This document shows, in pieces, positions 1-12,237 of a stretch of DNA of 64,000 bases. The translations under genes and the position numbers were made by a program. Below the pieces are notes generated by a model that saw nothing but the letters and a program-made list of their open reading frames with translations, ran no database searches and had not been told where the DNA came from. This DNA is from Asterias rubens (Eukaryota). Location: contig NC_047066.1 in assembly GCF_902459465.1 (NCBI RefSeq), positions 19,592,001 through 19,656,000 of the forward strand, given 5' to 3'. Within the stretch, counting starts at the first letter, position 1. The number at the start of each line of letters is the position of its first letter.

Positions 1-1024
1 CACTGCAGAGAACAAGGCCCGGAATTAGACAGAGGCCAAGGCCTCCAATGCCTTGGTCTTTGCCTGGGTGACCCTTCAAAGCATTTCCCATAAATGTCCA
101 GATTTTCCAATGGAAGTGCCCTTTACAAACTGTACATAACCTTGCCCCCTCAAAGATGAAATCCAGACCTGCAAAACCATTCTCTTAAAGTGCAGTGTCT
201 CACGGCAGAGTCGACAAATTGATGTGATAATGTACTCGGCTCTCAAATTCAATCAAGCTGTTTCATTCCTGCTACACTTCCAACCCACGAACAGAAAACT
301 TCCCCAGTTCAGTCCCTCCAGCATAAGCTTTCCCATCAAGACAACAGATTTTCGGTCGTCAAATAACATCCCATGGGTTCAAATCTTCCTTTCTTCATTT
401 AAACCCACTGAGGCTACACTAGGGATGGGACTTGGAAAGGTTATTGCAGGTGGCTAACACACAAGGTACAATTATATCAACATATATCCATCAGTGTGCG
501 GCCAATTAAGCTATCAATTTGTACACCTTTGGTTATTAACGGGGGATGCACCAGGCGTGATAAAACAATATCAAACTAACCTGTGAAAATTTGGTCGTGT
601 TTTCGAGAAAGTCAGGGGGGAATATGTCCATGCATGAAGAATAATTCATAATTAGAATAATTGTATACACAATCTAGATGTTATTGTCAGTAATGCTTCT
701 CAGATTCAAATTTTGGGGAATAAAAAAATTGATATTCTATTTCATAACCACATTACTCCAAAATGGAATGATTCTCAAAATGCATTATACTATCAAAAGC
801 TGGTGTTCTTCTAACCAAGTTTTTACTGCATTTTCATTGTAATTTTAAGAGTGATTACCAAACGTATTTCTTTTTTTACCAAAGACCTGAGGCCTCACTC
901 CTCCCTTGCCAACCCTGCAAAGGGTTGCCCCAGGTACCTGCAACCTGCCAGGTTCTGTTCCAACATGAGCATTGTACATACAAACCATGCTCTTTGTAAG
1001 AGTGTTTTTGTAGGCTTAAAGGAA

Positions 1025-1154
1025 CTGGGGTCGATTTCACAAAGAGTTAGGTTAGGACTAGTAGATATCAAAACCTATCGTCCTAAGTTAGGACGAGTAA
1101 CTCGTCCTTACTCGAGATAAGACTAGTCTTAACTCTTTGTGAAATCCACCCCAG
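1025..1154. mobile_element. Fold-back MITE family D
   Basis: gatttcacaaagagttaggactagt arms inverted; other copies at 6151-6307 and 15056-15210. Confidence 0.8.
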
Positions 1155-1748
1155 GACACTATTGGTAATTACTCAAAATAATTGTTAGCATTAAACAAGC
1201 AATAGAGAGCTGTTGATATTATAAAACATTGTGAGAAACGGCTCCCTCTGAAGTAATGTTGTTTTTTAGAAAGAAGTAGTTTTGATTGAATTTGATCTTG
1301 AGACCTCAGAATTAGATTTTGAGGTCTCAAAATCAAGCATCTGAAAGCACACAATTTGTGCAACAAGGGTTGTTTTTCCAGCATTATTCTCTCGCAATGT
1401 TGACAACCAAAGTTGTCAAAGACCTAAGTATTCTCACTTGGTGTATCCCAACCTGCATAAATCAACAAACCTGTTAAAATTTGGGCTCAATTGGGCATCT
1501 AAGTAAAGAATGAAAGAAAAAACATCCTTTTAGCGAAAATCTGTGTGCTTCCAGATGCCTGACACGTCTTTCTCAGATTCAAATTATTTTAGTGAGAATT
1601 TACCTCTGTTTCAAAAAATTCTGTCACTTTAAAGGGAACCTTTTCTCAGAATGTTTTTACAATCAACACTTCTTCATTGCTGGTACAAGAACATTTTTAT
1701 ACTGACAATTATTTTGAGTAATTACCAACAGTGTCCAGTGCCTTTAAA
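1154..1748. mobile_element. Composite of two oppositely oriented family-A-related MITE halves
   Basis: Reverse-orientation half about 1154-1410 joined to a forward subfamily copy ending cagtgtccagtgcctttaa. Confidence 0.7.
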
Positions 1749-2219
1749 CTCTTTCAGCTGCCAGCTAAAAGAGACTACACCTTTGCATGCAGGTGCTACT
1801 CTGTGAAACAGAAAACAGTTTACAATACAGTTCTTTTCAGCAGGTCGGCAGCATTATGGCTTCGGAGCCACACTACAAGTGGATATATTCTGGATTTCTT
1901 TCATGGGGTTATTTCAGATGACTGAGCACTGCAACTACTCAAGGGGTTTGAACTGACAGGGGAAAAACAGAACGACAGCGAAGCTGCACTAATGTTTTTG
2001 TGAGTTAACTGGGAAAAAATAACAAGGGCAGGCCTTGCTTGTTCAAAGTGAAGGGCGTGTTTTGTTGAGTGAGAGTATAAACAAAATTTCCGAGTTGACA
2101 ATAAAGTCGTTTAGAGAGAAAAACATGTTGAGGAATGATCTCCTTTTGCCTATTTTCTGTGAGAATGTACTAATATTATTTTTTTTGCCAGAGCTGCTGT
2201 AGGCCTCTAACAAAATTGT

Positions 2220-2591
2220 TTAAGGAACCTTACAGAATAGGTTTTGCTAGCAAAAAAATTAATCTTTGCTATGTAATCCACCATCTACATGAACTGACAA
2301 ACCTGTAGAAGTTCTAGATCGATCGGCCGTCTGGGTCACGAGAGAGTAGTGGAAAAACGATTACAAATTTTGCATTGCATCGATGCCAAAACAAAACTGA
2401 ATAAAACGCTCACTGAGCGATAAACTCAAAACGCGAAATTAGATTATTTTTTTCTCATCAAATATGAAATTTCAGTTAAAAATATTTTAAGGGATGTTTT
2501 CAACTATCATCATCATTAGACCGTGCAAGTTTTATGTAAATCGGTGATCTTCACAATTTTTTTTCTTACCAATTCTGTTACGTTCCTTTAA
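2220..2591. mobile_element. MITE family C (TTAA-flanked)
   Basis: TIR ggaaccttacagaataggt / accaattctgttacgttcc, flanked by TTAA. Confidence 0.7.
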
Positions 2592-3408
2592 TTGCCAAAA
2601 TTGAATTTTAAGAGGGATTACCAAACAAATACATGTACCCTCCATTTAATCTGATCTGCGCGGTAACTACATGTATTATCCTGGCCACCTGTTCTGTTAT
2701 CCACTTTCGATTCAAATTTCTAAATTGAAAAGTCGGAGGAAACAAAAATTAATTTTGAGGCTGTAGCCAGAGAACCTGTGAATAGGGGTGAAAATTAACA
2801 ATGTAAAATTCCTGCTCCATGACAACAAAGTTCTTTGTTGTTCAACCACCTCAGAAAGTGCGGTAATTTAAAACCCGTTGTACAATGTGTTTTGTTTGCG
2901 TTTCCTATATTCACGTTCACTGGCATGTTGTAACACTACCTGCTGCAAAAAGTATTTCTAAGTGATTGAACATTTTGTACGTGCCCTGTATCACAATGTA
3001 AAATGTAAGTGTTGTAACAACATGCAGTGCGTAACTCACATAAAATTGTTGGGTAAGAAAATTTAATAATTTTAAGTTTTATAAATAATTGTAGCCTTTG
3101 AGCACGTGTACACTTACAGTGTTTTGTAGTTAATTAAAACTATCAAACATTCCAGGCCCGACACTTAAACAGAGGCAATTGCCTCAATGTCTGTTGTCAA
3201 TGTCATTGCAAGCTTGGTGCCTGTAAAAATGTTTCAATATTTACATGTTAGTCCAAATTTCACAGAGCAAACAGTGGATAAAATTGTCCTATATGACATG
3301 TACACAAGTACACATATAGGTACTATCAACCTCTAACCATTACTCGTAACCAAGTGAGGTTTTATGCTAATAATTATTTTGAGTATTTACCAATAGTTCC
3401 ACTGCCTT

Positions 3409-3793
3409 TACGACAGTGGACACTATTGGTAATTGTCAAAGACCAGTCTTCTCACTTGGTGTATTTCAACATATGCATGAAATAAAAAACCTGTGAAAAA
3501 TTGAGCTTGATTGGTCGTCGGAGTTGTGAGATAGCTATGAAAGAAAAAAACACCCTTGTCACACGAAGTTGTGTGCTTTTAGATGCTTGATTTCAAGACC
3601 TCAAATTCTAAACTTGAGGTCTCGAAATCAAATACGTGGAAAATTACTTCTTTCTCGAAAACTACGTCGCTTCAGAGGGAGCCGTTTCTCACAATGTTTT
3701 ATACTATCAACCTCTCCCCATTACTCGTAACCAAGTGAGGTTTTATGCTGATAATTATTTTGAGTAATTACCAATAGTGTCCACTGCCTTTAA
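3409..3793 (+). mobile_element. MITE family A (about 390 bp, TTAA-flanked, Kolobok-like AG...CT ends)
   Basis: TIR gacagtggacactattggtaatt / aattaccaatagtgtccactgcct-TTAA; internal palindrome tttcgagacctc...gaggtctcgaaa. A right-end fragment abuts at 3325-3408. Confidence 0.85.
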
Positions 3794-4257
3794 GTCATCT
3801 GGGCCTAATTTCATAAAGCTACATGTCTTTCAACACAAAAAGTAACTCAGCATAAAAAGATGCGTACCAGAATAAGGCAACCAACCAAAAAGCGATGTCA
3901 CATACCTGAGACTAGTTACTTGCTCATTTGCGCTAAGCACACATACATTCGTACAGGCCTGACACTTCACACCAAGGCATTTTCTCCTTGGTACCCTATG
4001 AGGAAATTTTAAATTTGCATATTTTTCAACGGCACTAAGGCACTAAGGCGGGCATGGATTGGATGCAATCACCTAACCTGCATTGCCTCCGTGAAAGATC
4101 AGGCCTGGGTGCCCTTTACCAAGGAGAAAATGTCTTGGCATCCTTGCCCTTTCAAAAGCGTAGCACACTCTCAACGTCCACACCTTTCTATACTAAAGTT
4201 GTAAATGTTCAGCCATCAACTGTGTGTGTTCAAGTCTTCTATGGTTTTCCTAATCAG

Positions 4258-5964
4258 GTTTACTGGCTGCCTTGGAGATACACACATGTACTCCTTAGAA
4301 GTCACTTTCGAATCTCAAGAGGATCGTTATCTTGCGGATATATTTGCGAGGAAAGGCGAGACTTTTGTAGACATGATGGAATGGAGGGCGTTAGAAATCA
4401 GGTTAATGGGGACAAACAGCAGACCATGAAAACAATCAAAAGAATGACAACATTAAAATACATCTCTGTGTTAAAGGCACTTGATACTATTCGTGATTAC
4501 TCAAAAGTATAGAAATAGAATAAAAAACTTATTTGGTAATGAGCAACGAAGAGCTGACGACAGTACAAAACATTGTGAGAAACGGCTCCCTCTGAAATAA
4601 CATAACTTCTGAGCAAGAGAAACAATTCCATTCAAAGAAATGTGGTTTGACAGAGAGGGTTTCAAAAAATTGAAATGTGAGAGACGTTTCTCGGGTTGTT
4701 TATTCAAATTTTGGATAATTCTTTCTGCGTGGAAATAACCGCTACAGCAAAATGTGTATCAAAAACACAATAAACTTTTAGAAATGAAACTGTCACAGGT
4801 TAGATTGACTGAATAAAACAATTGAGGGGTTCCAAAAACCAAAGAGCCTTTAAAGGCAGTGGCCACTATTTGTAATTACTCACAATAATTATTATTATCA
4901 AAAAACCTTTCTTGATAACGAGAAATGGGGAGAGGTTGATAGTATAAAACAGTGTGAGAAACAGCTCCCTCTGAAGTGACATAGTTTTTGAGAAAGAAGT
5001 AACTTTCCACGAAGTTGATTTCAAGACCTCAGATTTAGAATTTGAGGTCTCAAAATCAAATTTCTGAAAGAACACAACTTCGTGTGACCATGGTGCGAGA
5101 CAAGGGTGTTTTATTCTTTCATAAATATCTCGCAACTTCGACTACCGATTGAGCTCAAATTTTCACAGGTTTGTTATTTTATGCATACATGTTGAGATAC
5201 ACCAACTGTGAAGACTAGTCTTTGACAATTACCAACAGTGTCCAGTGTCTTTAAGGAGGCAGTAGCATTTGGTAATTACATGTATACTCATGACATACCA
5301 TTGTATGGAATATATTCAACAGACATTCCTGCGTTTGAGTCTTCCACACTTTTTTTGTGTCAACCTTTGAGTTGGTCGATTGTCAAACACAAGAAGTCAA
5401 AATTATATTGATTTTCCCACAAGATGGAAAACACCCCTCATGTAACAAACACCTACATGTACATAACATATACAGCTGCATGTAAACAACAGTAGTACGT
5501 AGAAACATAGGTTAGGGCACTGGTTAGGGCAGTGAGTTCAAGATACGTTCACAGAATAATATTTAAATCAATTCAATGCTTGATATTGCAGAGAAATAAT
5601 ATGCATTATTAATGCAAGTTGTATTTTTCAAAAATAGTATAGAAGTTGAATAAACAATTTGTTTTTACCCCTACCATGCTTACACCGATGTGTGTTTTGG
5701 TGAAAGAAATCCGTTTATAAGCAAACTACTCAGGTTGGATTTGAACCCACGACCTTTGTATTGCTATACTGAGCTAGCCCAATGGCTAGAGGCAGTTCGA
5801 ATCAATGATGCACTTTGCCTTCAATAACAACTTCTCCACATTGTATCAGGTCTGCTGATGTCAAAATTATAATAAATCTCTGCTCGACGTACAAAAAGGT
5901 CCAAACGATTACACAAACCGTACATAAAAGATTGGGAACTAACAATGTGGACTTTGAAACTTGA
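4258..5964 (+). CDS. Putative exons of an unidentified small protein (4258-4401 and 5850-5964)
   Basis: ttttcctaatcag|...ATCAG|gttaat bounds a 144-nt exon open in two frames. The phase-2 frame (FTGCLGDTHMYSLEVTFESQEDRYLADIFARKGETFVDMMEWRALEI) joins in phase to an acceptor at 5850 (SADVKIIINLCSTYKKVQTITQTVHKRLGTNNVDFET*). No recognised family. Confidence 0.3.
4850..5254 (-). mobile_element. MITE family A
   Basis: TTAA at both ends with TIRs; reverse orientation. Confidence 0.88.
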
Positions 5965-6080
5965 AAAACATCCGAACCCAAACACACGACGTACACAAAC
6001 TAATATCGAGGGTTTTTATCAATTTACTAAATTTCAATTACTTTACAAGGGGCTGGGGGGCGGGGGGGGGGGGGGGGGGT

Positions 6081-6121
6081 TTCAATGAAACTCACCTGAA
6101 TTTCAGGTGAGTTTCGTTGAA
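6081..6121. repeat. 41-bp palindrome next to a poly-G tract
   Basis: ttcaatgaaactcacctgaa-t-ttcaggtgagtttcgttgaa; G run at 6062-6079. Confidence 0.85.
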
Positions 6122-6150
6122 GCACCCTCAGGAATAACGGAATAAAGGAA

Positions 6151-6307
6151 CAGGCGTCGATTTCACAAAGAGTTAGGACTAGTCCTAACTTAGGACTACA
6201 TGTAGTCCTAGGAGATATACAAATTGCATGGATTGTCCTAAGTAAGAACGAGTAACCGGTTCTAACTCGAGATAAGACTAGTCCTAACTCTTTGTGAAAT
6301 CCACCCC
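6151..6307. mobile_element. Fold-back MITE family D
   Basis: Inverted arms as at 1025. Confidence 0.8.
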
Positions 6308-6944
6308 GCTCTCCTTTGCACCCGGTAACTGGGGATCCGTTTCAAGTGGAAAATGAATGACACTAGACTGAGAATCGTCAATACAATATCCAAAGTTCAA
6401 AGCTAGCTCACCGATACACAATGAGTAACACTAAATACAGATTGAGCATAGTATTTCTCCTACCTGAACACAATACGCACACATGGTTTTCCATCACACT
6501 GTTTTGAGATAAATCCGTAGAGTATAAAATTTATGAGTTTCCGGAACGTTCTTGAGTACGGGAAATCATGAAATAGGAGGATACAGGAAGGAAAGCATCA
6601 GCACTGAATACAACAGGGGAGTGGCTGAAACCAAAACAACTCAGGTTGATCCTGTGTTTGACTCTGAGCATGAATGACACTACTGATGATGACTGACCCT
6701 GTGCAGCCAAGGCCTAACGATCCCCCGAGTGCAACCTCTAATGTGTCAACATCATACACTAAACAATACACTACTGATATGCAAAGTAATAGGATTTCAT
6801 GTGTCATACGGCTCTGGTGTTTCTGATTGGTTACTGTGAATGATCGTGACTGGTAGAGTACTGACTGGAGAATGTGGCCTTGTAATTGGCTGATCAATGA
6901 AAATGTTCCATTGATAAAGAGCAGGTGGGCGGGTCTTGCGTAGT

Positions 6945-7500
6945 AGCATCTGGAATGATCCCAAGGTCTGCTTTGAACATACATCATGTACCCAGTGCAG
7001 ATAAATGAACATGAACATTGTACAATGTAATCATGGGAATAGGGAACTAGAATGGATCCAAGGTCTTCTTTGAACATACATGTACACAGTGTGGTGCAGA
7101 TTCGTGAATAAGTAAATGTGCATTGTACAAGTTTACTACATGTACATTGTACTCTGTAAACATAATAAAAGGGAACTAGAATGGTCTTCTTTAAACATAC
7201 CCAAGTTTTACATTGTAAACATGAAAAAGGGAACTTACAGTGGCCCAAGACCTTCTATGAACACAGCCAGTAGACATGGTATAAGTGCAGAGTCTTTCAC
7301 ATTGTACATAAACGGGAACTACACACATTAGAATGGTCCTCTTGAACAGTGCAGATTGTGCAGTACTGTACATTGTCAACATGGAAAAGGGAACTAGAAT
7401 GGCCCCAAGGTCTTCTTTGAACATAGCCAGTAGACATGGTAGAAGTGCAGATTCATGAACATTTACACTGCACATTGTTAACATGATAAAGGGAGCTAGT
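6945..7500. repeat. Degenerate minisatellite anchored on gggaactagaatgg...tcttctttgaacata
   Basis: About 7 units of variable length (roughly 60-130 bp). Confidence 0.8.
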
Positions 7501-9416
7501 GGCCTTGATCAGGATTAGAGCATCACTGAGGTGGGAAGAAAGGAACCCAGACAAACACTCCAGTTGTGAAAGAAAGATTTCAATCGTATGACGAGATGCA
7601 AACAATCCATTAGTGTAAATAGAACAGCATTTACACCAATCCTATTTGTTCTTATGGTTCGATGGGTTTTGTGTATTCACACAAACCATGAACTAATACA
7701 CAATTGTGTTTACTGTTTATCATGTAAACACCATTCTCCGTCCCAGACAGAACTGCAGGTGTACGTGACAGAATTAACGGCTCAGATATAGGGGGCCACT
7801 GAGAATAGTCAATGTCAAAATTGTGGGTGTGTGGATCCACTGGTCCTTGCTCTATGGTGGATCACAAGAAACAAGTGCAAATAAAATCAGGTTCAAAGTT
7901 GAAACAAATGTACACACGTAGAATCCAAAAAGTCTGCCGTTTCAGTGTTGCAGTCAACTTGTTGTACAAAAGTACAGACATCAAATGTACAATTATGTAG
8001 AAATCAATTTTAATTAGACCCACCCAGGGGCAGCAGACATAAAAACTAGCTCTGTGCTATCTATTTCTCTCTCCAAATTTAATTACAATCTTTTCTTGGT
8101 TTAAATTAATCAATGCTAATTTCCTTCCTTTTTAGAAGTATGAATGCTGAAAATATTTAATGTATTAATGACAGGGCGCCAAAAAAACCTGTCCCACATC
8201 CTTGTCAAATATTTCCTCGTCGAATCTTTTAGGAAATTGAGTTGAGATCGTGGTACTGCAGTCCATGTCAACTGGTATGACCTCCATGTAGGCTTTATTA
8301 TAAGCACCAAGATTCATCGAAAGTTAAGTTGTTTAAAACCTTTTTTTAACCAAACCGGCAACAAATGATCTTTGCTGGAAATCATTTTAAAATGTTTTCA
8401 ATTAAGGAAACTAAGTTCACTTGAGACTATTGTGCAAAAAACAATCATTTTGAATAACCATGTCGAGTGATTTTAAAATGATTTGCGAAAAAAAAAAACC
8501 ATACATGAAGTATTTAAAGTGAGAGCTCCTTCTTGTAGCTACTTTGTTGCAACATGGAGGCGACAAATTTGAGCGAGGTATAAGAAGCCGTCATTATACG
8601 CTCTTTAATTCTTTCAACAGTATGCTTTGCTTTCTTCCAATAGATTCAACTAAAATGCATATAATCTTAGCTTTGTATAATCAGATGTTTAATTTTGACT
8701 TAATTATGTACACAATTTTTCACAAGTGACAATTTTTCTAATGAACTCTTTGGTCATACTGAAAACAGAATGTCCTTTCTGTACCCTGCTTAATGTTAAA
8801 ACCTCTTCCAATCTAGGAGTTGATCCGTCGCCCAGAGGGCATCTATGGGGAAAGTCACCCTAATCCACCCACTGTGTACAATGCAGTTCTTCATCATGCC
8901 AACGTGTCGAACACTGCATAGCACTGCTAGCGACCAGTGTATTGCTTCAAGAAAATCTATGATCTGTTTTATCATGGAGTGTTATTAGTACAGGCCTCGC
9001 AATAACCCAGTTGCTGTGTGCCCTGTGCTTTTGTTGTGGTGCCCTTTTCAAAGTTCAAACTACAAATTAAAATTGTCCTCATACATGTAGAAGTGTCCCT
9101 TACTGGAGAGAAGATGTTGTGGCCCTTCAAGAGAGAAGTTGGGGCCTGTACACGTTACGATTTACCTTCTTGGTTTTACAATACACACCAATAATTTATC
9201 ATACAATAAAAAGTTTATGTATGAACAGACAAGCATGAAATTTCATCTTCAAGAGGGCAGGGCCATTTTCATTCTGCAAATGGCTAAGGGCTCTTTCATT
9301 AGAAAATCTTGGAAAACTGTCAGAAGAGGCACCGAGGCCAAGACCAGGGCAACAGTGGCATCCGTGGAGCCTTCCTAAACTCAAGCCTGAAAAAGGAGGG
9401 GGCGGGTTCAGCCTGT

Positions 9417-9768
9417 TTAAAGACACTGGACACGTTTTGTTTGTCAAAGACCAGTCTTCTCACTTGGTGTATCTCAACATATGCATAAAATAACAAACCT
9501 GTGACAATTTGAGCTCAGTTGGTCGTCGAAGTTGCAAGATAATAGTGAAAGAAAAAAACACCCTTGTATAACACAAAGTTGTTTGCTTTCAGATGCTTGA
9601 TTTAGAGACCTGAAAATCTAATTCTGAGGTCTAAATTTCTTGAAAACTATGCCACTTTAGAGGGAGCCTTTTCTCACAAGTTTTATGCTATGAACCTCTT
9701 CCCATTACTTGTTACCAAGTAAGGTTTTATGCTAATAATTATTTTGAGAAATTATCAATAGTGTCCTT
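9417..9768 (+). mobile_element. MITE family A (degraded)
   Basis: ttaaagacactggacac start, family-A body. Confidence 0.8.
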
Positions 9769-10139
9769 TACGGTCAATGACCTCAACGGCCATGAAATTC
9801 ATCCTCCTTGAACAAGCTTCCCTGCCCATGGAGCTTTGATCATTCAACAGAGCCATTTATGACTACTAAGTATCTGCATTGGATGCTCCCAGCAGGAGAT
9901 AGTGCTTAATGAGAGGTTCATGGGGATCAGGTTTGTTATTAGAAGAAACACTCGGCATTAGATTCAGGGGACATTGCGCAGCGTCCGTGACTACGCCAAG
10001 GGAATCACAGGACTGTATGCTTTGCTTTTTTGAAAGGGAACTAAGACATTTTCTCCTTGCATCCCTACTTTCGGATACCCTTATATTCCGACACCCTGTT
10101 TCTTGTTTTTTTTTATTGCAATCCAATTCTTAATCATAA

Positions 10140-10331
10140 TCCTAACTCGTCTATAATCTTAACCATAATCTTGAAACAAACTCTAACTCTAACAATAATC
10201 TTGACACTGACTCAAACTGACCCGGCTTTAACTCTAACTCTTACCCAAACCTAGCCCTAACCCAAACCTAACCCTAATATGCCCTAACCAACCCTATCCC
10301 TAACCCTAACTCTATCCCTATGCCCTAACCA
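10140..10331. repeat. Degenerate (CCCTAA)-like interstitial repeat
   Basis: ccctaacc/cctaac variants; a complementary ttaggg-like tract lies at about 29990-30135. Confidence 0.65.
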
Positions 10332-11239
10332 TGCATGAATCATTGAGGCATTTTCAGAAAGGTTGTCCGATTATAGAGCAGTCACCGCATAGTCTCAAAG
10401 CAACCCCATACATAATGTATCATACAGACATTTATAAACTATTTATTTTCAGAAAGTATGTTTTTTTCGATGAAAAAAACTTTGGATTAGTGAAATGAAA
10501 AGCTAATTGGCCTTGCTAAACAAACCCTGATGAGGAAAATGTGTTTAGCAACAGGCTGGATGTAACTCAACTGCAACTGGCAATAGGTTTACACTGATTT
10601 CCTACGGTACATTAGAACAGCAAAACAAATTATTCCTCAGGACTGCTCTGTGCACACACAGCAGTTGGCTTCAGAGAATTTCCCCGCAGTCAGGATTTCA
10701 TCAAATTTACCCTCATTGGCAAAAAAAAAAGCACTTCACTTTCTGGACAAAATTAAACAACGCAGGACGCACAGCAAGGCCAAATGTCTTCAAATTGGTA
10801 ATAAACATCGGCAAAGGAAGGATCGGGTACACAGTGGCTAATACATGTATAATTGACTCTGTCATCTAATTGTGTGCACAAGGGTCAAAATTTCATCATG
10901 CTTTTTTTCTCAAACATCTTTTGCAAAATTGATATCTACGTTTGCTGGTGGGGAGCGGGGGAACAACAACAAAATGTCAACTACAATGGTTTTATACAGT
11001 GACAACCAAAATCAAGTTTTAATTTTAATATATTTAATCACACGTAGATTTGTAGTTGCCAACCAATCTAAATGTAATTTTTTTTTTTTCAAATGAGGCA
11101 AAGACCTAACATCTAGGCCTTTACCTTGTAAAATTTGTTTAGGGGTTGGGACCTTTTTGTACAAAATAAAACACAATCGTCCACAAATTTACCTTTTAAC
11201 TTACATGGTTTAAAGATCATGATGGTAGAATGTTCCCCT

Positions 11240-11624
11240 TTAAAGACACTGGACACTATTGGTAATTGTCAAAGACCAATGTTCTCGCTTGGTGTATCTA
11301 AACATATGCATGAAATAACAAACCTGTGAAAATTTGAGTTCAATTGGTCGTCGAAGTTGCGAGATAACTGTGAAAGAAAAAAACACCCTTGTCACACAAA
11401 TTGTGTGCTTCAGATGCTTGATTTCAAGACCTCAAATTCTAAACTTGAGGTCTCGAAATCAAATTTGTGGATAACTACTTCTTTCTCGACAACTACATCA
11501 CTTCAGAGGGAGCCGTTTCTCACAATGTTTTATATCATCAACCCTTCCCTATTACTCGTCACCAAGTAAGGTTTTATGCTAATAAATATTTTGAGTAATT
11601 ACCAGAAGAGTCCACTGTCTTTAA
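11240..11624 (+). mobile_element. MITE family A
   Basis: TTAA target duplication, both TIRs. Confidence 0.88.
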
Positions 11625-12237
11625 ATATTACTTGTGGACCTTCAGGAACGAAATTCAAGGTCTTTTTTTTTTGTGCACACATTGTACCTGTAGGTAAAAC
11701 CACTTTTCATAAAACATAAATTTAACTATGGCACAAGTGCTACTGTAGCAGATTTTAAATTCAGAAAGGCTAGTTGCCGGACAGTGGACGGCACAACAAA
11801 TCACACACACGGTCTACATAGCATGTAGCCGCCGGCTGAACAGAGGAAAAAGCTATCAAAAACACGTACACGTGTGCTACGCACACATCAAGCCAGCCTG
11901 TAATTAAGGTAATAAAAAAATGTGACTGCCACACATCTTAATATGAATTTTATTAAAATGTTGAGTGCTGATGACGGGGGACAAATGGCTGAACGCCGGA
12001 GGGGCTGACGTTAAACTGCAGCTTTGTAATATGGACTTTCATCTTTAAACCAAACACTGTGCTGTGCTGTGTCCGATGCTTTTTTCTAACAGGACCCCAT
12101 TCACAAAGTGTAGTGTGAAGCCAAGCTTTAAAACTTGCATACGATACGACACAATACGACACGTACAGTGTATAGTGCATGCATTTATACACAGGACAGA
12201 AGTAACCATTTCTGTTCGGTAGATGTACAGACTGTAC

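Noticed and set aside
6598-7484. 216-aa and overlapping C/Y/T-rich ORFs
   Set aside because: Mostly read through the degenerate minisatellite; open frames occur on both strands.
8018-8036. Additional CTCF-like motif ccacccaggggcagc
   Set aside because: Spacing is off by one base relative to the consensus core.
10140-10331. True telomere or chromosome fusion site
   Set aside because: Short, highly degenerate and single-orientation; no head-to-head TTAGGG/CCCTAA junction.
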